NCBI GenBank assembly: GCA_902580765.1
Contig: CACHLW010000005.1
Coordinates: forward strand, 173 to 64,172
Direction: 5' to 3'
DNA: 64,000 nt
Source: an uncultured Alphaproteobacteria bacterium
GTDB taxonomy: Bacteria > Pseudomonadota > Alphaproteobacteria > HIMB59 > GCA-002718135
Shown: positions 53,572 through 64,000 of the stretch, piece by piece
Position numbering within the stretch: the stretch's first letter is position 1
Layout: every line of letters starts with the position of its first letter
Translations under genes and position numbers: made by a program
The notes under the pieces: generated by a model
What the model saw: the letters and a program-made list of their open reading frames with translations, nothing else
Database searches by the model: none
Told to the model about the DNA's origin: nothing

Positions 53572-54919
53572 ATGTCTAAAATATTTGGTACCGATGGTAT
53601 ACGGTGCTTAGTTAATGAGGAACCTCTTTCTGCTGAAACTTGTCTAAAAATTTCAAAAACGGTTGCATTCCTTCTAAAAAAGAAAAATTCTAAAAATAGT
53701 AGGGTTGTGATTTGCAAAGACACTAGATTATCTGGTTATCTATATGAGCCACTTGTGACAGCCGGATTTATTTCTATGGGTATGGATGTAATTTTAGTCG
53801 GCCCCCTTCCAACACCAGCTGTACCATTAATGATTAACACTTTAAGAGCAGATATTGGTGTAATGATTACAGCTTCTCATAACACATATGAATATAATGG
53901 GCTGAAATTTTTTGATAGTACTGGAACAAAGCTAAGTTCATTGATAGAGCAAAAGGTTGAAAAAATAGTCTTAGATAATAAAAAATATTCTAAAATTTCA
54001 AACAATACATTCGTATCTGGAAATGCTAGAAGACTGGAAGATGCCTCAGGTAGATACTCAGAATTTTTAAAAAGTACTTTGAATAAAACGTCTTACAAGA
54101 GAAAATTAAAAATTGTTTTAGATTGTGCAAATGGCGCCACATATAATATAGCTCCAAATTTATTCTGGGAGTTAGGTCATAATGTAATCGCCATAAATAA
54201 TAATCCAGATGGATTAAATATTAATAAAAATTGTGGTGCAGTTGATGTTAAATCACTCTCACAAAATGTAACAAAACAAAAAGCTGATATTGGATTTGCA
54301 TTTGATGGTGATGGCGATAGATTAATAGTTGTAGATGAAGAAGGAAAAGAAGTTGATGGTGATAAAATAATAGGATTGTTATGTAAAAATTATGTAAAAC
54401 CTAAGAAAAAATCTAATCAACATGATGTTATTATAACGGTTATGTCTAATATGGGATTAGAAAATTATCTCACAAATAAATTAAAATTAAAGATTAAGCG
54501 AACATCTGTTGGAGATATAAACGTTATAAATCAAATGAAAAAATCCAAATCTATGATAGGAGGTGAACAATCAGGACATATAATATTGTCAGAACATTCT
54601 AACACTGGCGATGGAATTTTGGCAGCTTTAAAAATCACTGAAATTTTGATATCAAATAAAAATAAAGCAAGTAAACTTTTTGATTTGTACAATGACTTTG
54701 CACAGGAAAAAATTAACTTAAGTTATAAAACAAAGAGTACCAAACTGTTAAAAATTCTTGATAAGTTAAAAAATGACAAACTGTATAATAATAAAAAAAT
54801 AAGATCTCTTGTAAGATTATCTGGAACTGAACCATTAGTTAGAATACTAGTTGAGGGGCAAGAAGTTACTGAGGTTAAAAAGAAATCTTTAGAAATTAAA
54901 AAATTAGTAAGGCCTTATC

Positions 54920-54927
<8 letters not shown>
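53572..54927 (+). CDS. glmM: Phosphoglucosamine mutase
   Basis: FGTDGIR, ITASHN, FDGDGDR, GGEQSGH and R.SGTEPLVR. Confidence 0.95.
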
Positions 54928-58155
<3,228 letters not shown>

Positions 58156-58185
58156 AATACGCCTATATCACAAATAAAATATAAT

Positions 58186-59157
58186 TTAATATTTAAGCAA
58201 TAATTCTATTAAATTCTTAAAATCTTCAGGAATTTCAATATCAAAATTCATTCTTTTTTTTAATGTAGGATGATCAAATCCAAGATGATAGGCGTGCAAT
58301 GCTTGCCTTTCAAAATTTTTTAAAATCATAAATTTATTAAATGTATTTTTATCTTTTCCAAATTGATTAATTTTACTTTTTCCATAAATCTTATCACCAA
58401 TTATAGGAGAATTTTTAGAAGTTAGATGAAGTCTAATTTGATGTGTTCTTCCAGTATGTAAATGGCAGTCAACTATACTAGCAATACCAAAAGTCTTTTC
58501 TAATTTAATATCGGTTTTAGAATATTTTCCAAAACCCTTATTATTTAAACTCATTTTTTTTCTATTTTTTCTATTTCTCTCTATGTACCCTTCAATTGAT
58601 TGATTATCAGGCATTCCCCAAACTATTGCTTTATATCTACGAGATATCGTATGTTCTTTGAATTGCTTGGCTAAATTAATATGAACATTATTATTTTTTG
58701 CAACAACAAGAATTCCACTTGTGTCTTTATCTAAACGATGGACTATTCCTGGTCTAGCATTATTATCTAAATTACTTAGTTGATTATTAGTGTAATGCAT
58801 AAGCGCATTCACAAGAGTGCCGCTTTCATTTCCAGGAGCTGGATGCATTACTAAATTTGGAGGTTTATTTATAACGATTAGATCATCATCTTCAAAAATA
58901 ATGTTTAAGTCAATATTTTCAGCTGAATGTTTTGTTTCTTGTTTCAAGATAATATTTATAAAGTAATTTTCATTTTCTTTAGTTATGTAAGATGGATCTT
59001 TTATTTCCTTTTCATCAAGACTTACATTACCATTTAATATTAAAGTTTTTATTTGTGTTCTTGAATATCCTTCCAATTTTGAAACGAGCACTTTATCTAA
59101 TCTTTGTGAACTTAATTGTTTATTTATAGTTAATTTAAGATTATAGAATTCGTTCAT
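58186..59157 (-). CDS. rluD: RluA/RluD family 23S rRNA pseudouridine synthase
   Basis: S4 domain RLDK, GIVHRLDKDTSG, TGRTHQIR and RQALHA; upstream of rpoH. Confidence 0.92.
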   Translation of the reverse strand: MNEFYNLKLTINKQLSSQRLDKVLVSKLEGYSRTQIKTLILNGNVSLDEKEIKDPSYITKENENYFINIILKQETKHSAENIDLNIIFEDDDLIVINKPPNLVMHPAPGNESGTLVNALMHYTNNQLSNLDNNARPGIVHRLDKDTSGILVVAKNNNVHINLAKQFKEHTISRRYKAIVWGMPDNQSIEGYIERNRKNRKKMSLNNKGFGKYSKTDIKLEKTFGIASIVDCHLHTGRTHQIRLHLTSKNSPIIGDKIYGKSKINQFGKDKNTFNKFMILKNFERQALHAYHLGFDHPTLKKRMNFDIEIPEDFKNLIELLLKY

Positions 59158-59449
59158 GTCTCAAAAAATTCTTAAATTTATTGTAATATTTTTAGGTATA
59201 TTAATTGTTATTTGTTTTTTAGCTCTTGTTTATGGTTTGTATATAAAAACAACAAAAAAACAAAGTAATTTAGAAACAAATTTAATTGATTATAATTTAA
59301 ATTTAGAAAAAGGGCATAAAATTACAGATATAGATATGATTGATAATAATAGGATTTTGTTTACAATAAAAAGTAATGATAAAGTTTATGCTTTAATATA
59401 TGATATACAAACATCAAATATTACAAAAATAGATACATCTAATGAATAA
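59156..59449 (+). CDS. Hypothetical small membrane protein
   Basis: N-terminal TM segment LKFIVIFLGILIV; divergent from rluD; overlaps the xseB start. Confidence 0.65.
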   Translation: MSQKILKFIVIFLGILIVICFLALVYGLYIKTTKKQSNLETNLIDYNLNLEKGHKITDIDMIDNNRILFTIKSNDKVYALIYDIQTSNITKIDTSNE

Positions 59450-59660
59450 AGATAATAATTTTGAAAATAATTTAAAAAAACTTGAGTCTATTGTAGAGAA
59501 ATTAGAAAATGGTGAAGTTGATTTAGAAGAATCTGTAAAACTTTACGAAGAAGGAATGAATTTAAAAAAAGCATGTGAGGAAAAATTAAAAAGTATTGAA
59601 AGCCAAATTAAAAAAATTAAGCAAGAAAACAATAAAGTCACAAAAGAAGATTTTAAGTAA
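59442..59660 (+). CDS. xseB: Exodeoxyribonuclease VII small subunit
   Basis: FE..L..LE.IV..LE.G...LEES...YEEG..L...C...L. Confidence 0.95.
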   Translation: MNKDNNFENNLKKLESIVEKLENGEVDLEESVKLYEEGMNLKKACEEKLKSIESQIKKIKQENNKVTKEDFK

Positions 59661-59669
59661 TTTTCAAAT

Positions 59670-60419
59670 TTGAGTAAAATTCTAAAAATAAGACTTGATC
59701 AGCTTTTAATGGATAGAAACTTAGCTGATACTAAATCAAAAGCCCAATCTATGATTATGGCCGGCCAAGTTTATGTAAACGATAAAATTATTACCAAAAG
59801 TGGTAACAGTTTTAATCAAAACTCAAAAATAAAAATTAAACAACTTCATCCTCCATGGGTATCAAGAGGTGCATTCAAATTACTGAAAGCGATTGATCAT
59901 TTTAAGATTGATATTGAAAATAAAATTTGTCTAGATATCGGTTCATCAACTGGTGGATTCACAGAAGTTCTTTTAAAAAAAAACGCTAAAAAAATATATT
60001 CTATTGATGTCGGTACAAATCAACTTCACGAAAAATTAAAAAAAGAAAAAAAAATTATCAGTATTGAAAATTTTAACGCTAAATATTTAGATAACTCAAT
60101 AATTCATGAAAAAATTAATTTGGTAGTCTGTGATGTTAGTTTCATTAGTCTAACAAAGGTTATAGAACCTAGCTTGAAGCTTTTATCAAGTAAAGCTGAG
60201 ATTATTTCACTAATTAAGCCGCAATTTGAAACTAATAAAATAAATTTGAAAAAAGGTATTGTGAAAGATCCATTGATTCATGAACAAGTATGTAATGATA
60301 TATCGAATTGGTTTAAAAAAACAATTAAGGCTGAAGTTGTAGGTTTAGTCGAAAGTCCAATCACTGGACCAAAAGGAAATAAAGAATTTTTGATTTACAG
60401 TATTTTACAGAAATCTTAA
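59670..60419 (+). CDS. tlyA: TlyA family rRNA methyltransferase
   Basis: [42 protein letters not shown] and SPI.G..GN.EF. Confidence 0.95.
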   Translation: MSKILKIRLDQLLMDRNLADTKSKAQSMIMAGQVYVNDKIITKSGNSFNQNSKIKIKQLHPPWVSRGAFKLLKAIDHFKIDIENKICLDIGSSTGGFTEVLLKKNAKKIYSIDVGTNQLHEKLKKEKKIISIENFNAKYLDNSIIHEKINLVVCDVSFISLTKVIEPSLKLLSSKAEIISLIKPQFETNKINLKKGIVKDPLIHEQVCNDISNWFKKTIKAEVVGLVESPITGPKGNKEFLIYSILQKS

Positions 60420-61475
60420 ACAATGATCAGCTATAGTTGTGGCAACCATTGCTTCACCAACAGGAACAGCTCTTATACCAACACATGGATCATGACGACC
60501 TTTAGTAGATATTGTTGTTTCTTTTAATTTTGTATTAATTGTTTTTTTTGTCGATAATATTGAACTTGTCGGTTTTACTACAAATCTAGTAATTAATTCT
60601 TGGCCCGTTGTAATACCCCCAAGAACTCCACCATTATTATTTGAAAGAAATAAAGGTTTTTTATTTTTTATTCTCATTTCATCAACATTAGAAATTCCAG
60701 TTTCATAAACACTGCTAAATCCATTTCCCATTTCTACTCCCTTAACCGCATTAATAGACATCAATGCCTTAGCAATATCAGAGTCTATTTTTTCATAAAT
60801 AGGTTCTCCTAATCCAGCTGGCAAACCTTTCACTCTAATTTCAATTATTGCACCTAAAGAGGAACCAGATTTTCTTGCAGTTTGTATTTCGTTTTCCCAT
60901 ATTTTAATAATTTCTTTATCAGGACTCCAAAAATTATTTTTTGGAATAAAATTATTATTCCAATTATCATAATTAATTTTATGATTACCTATTTGAATTA
61001 ATGCACCTGTTATTACAACTTGATTTTTAATTTTATTTTTTATGATTTTTCTTGCTATTGCCCCTGCTGCTACTCTCATTGCAGTTTCTCTAGCACTAGA
61101 TCTACCACCACCCCTATAATCTCTTATGCCATATTTTTTCCAATATGTATAATCTGCATGACCTGGTCTAAATTTACTTTTGATATCACCATAATCTTTT
61201 GATCTCTGATCTTGATTGTAGATAATTAGAGAAATAGGATGACCTGTTGTTTTTCCCTCAAAAGTTCCAGATAGTATTTCAACTTTATCCTCTTCTTTTC
61301 TTTGAGTTGTAAATTTTGACTGACCAGGTTTTCTTTTATCTAAATAGGGTTGAATATCTTTTTCAGTTAAATTTATGTTTGATGGCACTCCATCGACAAC
61401 ACAACCAATAGCTTTGCCATGGCTTTCTCCCCATGTGGTAAAGTTAAAGATTTTTCCTATTGAATTAGAAGTCAT
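60405..61475 (-). CDS. aroC: Chorismate synthase
   Basis: [30 protein letters not shown] and GRHDPCV. Confidence 0.98.
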   Translation of the reverse strand: MTSNSIGKIFNFTTWGESHGKAIGCVVDGVPSNINLTEKDIQPYLDKRKPGQSKFTTQRKEEDKVEILSGTFEGKTTGHPISLIIYNQDQRSKDYGDIKSKFRPGHADYTYWKKYGIRDYRGGGRSSARETAMRVAAGAIARKIIKNKIKNQVVITGALIQIGNHKINYDNWNNNFIPKNNFWSPDKEIIKIWENEIQTARKSGSSLGAIIEIRVKGLPAGLGEPIYEKIDSDIAKALMSINAVKGVEMGNGFSSVYETGISNVDEMRIKNKKPLFLSNNNGGVLGGITTGQELITRFVVKPTSSILSTKKTINTKLKETTISTKGRHDPCVGIRAVPVGEAMVATTIADHCLRFL

Positions 61476-62299
61476 TTTTTAGAATTTGTAAATTCACCTA
61501 ATAATTCTGAAACACTTTCACTCTCATCAACTGCAACCATTCCTACAGTATGATAGCCACAATCGACATGTTGTATCTCACCAGTAACAGCACTCCCAAG
61601 ATCACTTAAGAGATACAAAGCAGAATTTCCTACATCTTGCTGATTTACATTTCTTTTAAGTGGAGCATTAAGCTCGTTCCATTTTAGAATAAATCTAAAA
61701 TCACCTATTCCTGATGCTGCCAAAGTTTTAATTGGCCCAGCACTAATGGCATTAACTCTTATATTTTTTTCTCCTAAATCAACTGCTAAATATCTAACAC
61801 TTGCCTCTAAAGCTGCTTTTGCAACTCCCATAACATTATAATGAGGCATAACTTGTTCTGCTCCATAATATGTTAAAGTTAAAATTGATCCGCCATTATT
61901 CATTAAAGGTTCTGCTAGCCTACAAGCCTCTGTAAAAGAATAACATGATATATGCATAGTTTGTTTAAAATTATCAGAAGTTGTATTGTAATATTTACCT
62001 CTTAATTCATCTTTGTTGGAAAAACCAATTCCATGAACAAGAAAATCTAATTCACCCCATTTATTTTTAAGTGTTTCAAAAACGTTATTCATACTTTGTG
62101 AGTCTGAAACATCACAAGGAATAATAGTGTTAGAACCTATTTCTTCTGCAAGTGGCTGAACTCTTTTCTTAAGAGCTTCTCCTTGATAAGTAAGTGCAAT
62201 TTCTGCTCCCTGTTCTGCTAATTTTTTCGCAATACCCCAAGCAATAGATCTGTCATTTGCCACTCCCATAATCAGACCTTTTTTATTTTGCATCAACAT
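61472..62299 (-). CDS. fabI: Enoyl-ACP reductase FabI
   Basis: [29 protein letters not shown] and [12 protein letters not shown]. Start moved to ATG at 62299 because the upstream extension overlaps pdxH. Confidence 0.96.
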   Translation of the reverse strand: MLMQNKKGLIMGVANDRSIAWGIAKKLAEQGAEIALTYQGEALKKRVQPLAEEIGSNTIIPCDVSDSQSMNNVFETLKNKWGELDFLVHGIGFSNKDELRGKYYNTTSDNFKQTMHISCYSFTEACRLAEPLMNNGGSILTLTYYGAEQVMPHYNVMGVAKAALEASVRYLAVDLGEKNIRVNAISAGPIKTLAASGIGDFRFILKWNELNAPLKRNVNQQDVGNSALYLLSDLGSAVTGEIQHVDCGYHTVGMVAVDESESVSELLGEFTNSKK

Positions 62300-62367
62300 A
62301 TTGTAAATCAGTGTTTTTTTATAAATATAGATATATATACTTATAAAATAATATTCATATCTATAAT

Positions 62368-62973
62368 ATGCAATCAAATCAAAAATTAATAAATTCTGAT
62401 AAAAAACCAATTGAACTTTTTCAAGAATGGTTTGAAGAGGCAAAGAAAAGTGAAATCAATGATCCAAATGCTATGAACCTTGCTACTATATCTTCTGATG
62501 GCAAACCCAGCTCGCGAATTGTTTTACTTAAATCATATGATGATAAAGGGTTTGTTTTTTACACAAATTCAAATAGCAAAAAAGGTAGAGCAATTAAAAA
62601 CAACGATAGTGTAGCTTTAAATTTTCATTGGAAAACACTTCAAAGACAAATAAGAATAGAAGGTAATGTTTCACAAATTTCAAACGCTGAAGCTGATGAA
62701 TATTATAATTCAAGGCCACTAGGAAGTAGAATAGGAGCTTGGGCTTCATTACAGTCAGAAGAACTAGATGATAGATCGACATTAACTAAAAGAGTAGAAG
62801 AGTTTGAAAAAAAATTTTCAGATAATGATGTACCAAGACCTTCACATTGGAATGGTTACTTAGTAGCGCCTGTATTAATTGAATTTTGGCAAGATATGCC
62901 ATTCAGATTGCATGACAGACTTGAATTCCGTATGGAAAATGATGGTTGGGTTACAAGAAAATTATATCCTTAA
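62368..62973 (+). CDS. pdxH: Pyridoxine/pyridoxamine 5'-phosphate oxidase
   Basis: AMNLAT, R.VLLK, FYTN..S.K, RQIRIEG, SRP..S.IGAWAS.QS and EFWQ....RLHDR. Confidence 0.97.
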   Translation: MQSNQKLINSDKKPIELFQEWFEEAKKSEINDPNAMNLATISSDGKPSSRIVLLKSYDDKGFVFYTNSNSKKGRAIKNNDSVALNFHWKTLQRQIRIEGNVSQISNAEADEYYNSRPLGSRIGAWASLQSEELDDRSTLTKRVEEFEKKFSDNDVPRPSHWNGYLVAPVLIEFWQDMPFRLHDRLEFRMENDGWVTRKLYP

Positions 62974-63404
62974 TTATTTTCTTTCCATTTTTGTAAAATC
63001 CATGAACTAGAATTTGATTTATTGTCACCACCTATACCCCAAAGTAATTCAATATTATTTTCATTACAAAATATTGACTCTGGTGTAGTGTTATCATTCC
63101 TATCACCTCCATTTGCAAATTTAATAATTGAATCTGAATATTTATTTTTTACTTTTTTAAGACCATCAATACAGGTTTTATCCTCATCATCAAATTCTAT
63201 TACATCAATAACATTTTTTAATTCATTCATTATTATACTTCTTTCTATAAAAGGAAGAAATTCCTTACCTTTCTTTTTTTGAAGCCATAAATCAGAATTT
63301 AGCAAAACTACAACTTCACCATGTTTAGCAGCTTCTTTAATTAATTTTATATGACCACTGTGAATTGGGTCAAAACCTCCACTGACAACAACTATTTCAC
63401 GCAT
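62970..63404 (-). CDS. Stand-alone cytidylyl/adenylyltransferase family protein (TagD/RibL/RfaE-II-like)
   Basis: SGGFDPIHSGH (HxGH), LNSD.WL..KKG, FANGGDR and KSNSSS. Confidence 0.85.
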   Translation of the reverse strand: MREIVVVSGGFDPIHSGHIKLIKEAAKHGEVVVLLNSDLWLQKKKGKEFLPFIERSIIMNELKNVIDVIEFDDEDKTCIDGLKKVKNKYSDSIIKFANGGDRNDNTTPESIFCNENNIELLWGIGGDNKSNSSSWILQKWKENN

Positions 63405-63999
63405 ACTTGTTTCTCCATTTTTCTGGATCTTCTAAAAATTCTTTTAAGTTTGAAACCTTATCTTCAGAATATATTTTTTCACTTTCAATATAATTTATTA
63501 CATCTTTCCAAGTACACAGTGAGTGCATATTTACATTTAATTTAAATAATTCTGATTCTTTGAAATTAAAAATATCATAGTAAAATATTACAAATATATC
63601 TTTAACTTTTAATCCTGCTTCGCGCATTGCGTTAATAAAAATTATTTTACTACCTCCATCAGTAGCTAGATCTTCTACTAAAAGAGCTTTTTGATTATTT
63701 TCAAATTCACCTTCAATTTGTTTGTTTTTTCCAAAACCTTTTGTTTTTTTTCTAATATAAATCATTTGTTTATCTAATTTTTGAGAAATAAACGCAGCAT
63801 AGGGAATTCCAGCGGTTTCTCCACCAGCAATAATTTCTGACTCAATATTATTTTTAGTTAAATAATCTACAGCTTTATCAATTATAAAATTTCTTTCTTT
63901 TGTAAAAGAAATAATTTTTCTACAATCAACATAAACAGGACTAGCTAAGCCTGATGTAAGAGTAAAATATTTATCAAATGAAAAATTAATAGACTTTAT
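63397..63999 (-). CDS. pyrE: Orotate phosphoribosyltransferase, N-terminus beyond the window edge
   Basis: The frame is open to the edge: FTLTSGLASPVYVDCRK, AGGETAGIP, YIRKK.K.FG and LVEDLATDGGSK. The track ORF starting at 63765 uses an internal Met. Confidence 0.93.
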   Translation of the reverse strand: MKSINFSFDKYFTLTSGLASPVYVDCRKIISFTKERNFIIDKAVDYLTKNNIESEIIAGGETAGIPYAAFISQKLDKQMIYIRKKTKGFGKNKQIEGEFENNQKALLVEDLATDGGSKIIFINAMREAGLKVKDIFVIFYYDIFNFKESELFKLNVNMHSLCTWKDVINYIESEKIYSEDKVSNLKEFLEDPEKWRNKYA

Positions 64000-64000
64000 A

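Overview
A very AT-rich, gene-dense chromosomal segment from a streamlined alphaproteobacterium. Gene content and protein style suggest a marine SAR11/HIMB59-like lineage; this is an inference. No rRNA, tRNA, CRISPR array, prophage or IS element is visible. In order it contains: partial sppA; groES-groEL with a CIRCE operator and a sigma32-like promoter; argD-argF; a methylated-amine/one-carbon region (DmdA-like THF-dependent demethylase of unknown substrate, dimethylglycine dehydrogenase-etfBA-ETF:QO, soxBDAG, fhs, metF-like); a photolyase plus UfaD/UfaO/UfaM-like cluster that may make furan fatty acids; tkt-gap; zapA-ygfA-ymdB-yebC; tol-pal-cpoB-tilS-ftsH-glmM-hisZ-purA; rpoH, rluD, xseB-tlyA, aroC-fabI, pdxH and partial pyrE. 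The most notable observation is at the conserved yebC-[ruvC-ruvA-ruvB-ybgC]-tolQ locus, where the whole ruvCAB-ybgC block is absent. A single 97-aa gene with an archaeal/phage Hjc-type PD-(D/E)xK Holliday-junction-resolvase signature sits in its place, a candidate in-situ non-orthologous replacement. Several other ancestral operons show clean gaps (6S RNA, folP, serC/serA, ispA-dxs, pgk-fba).
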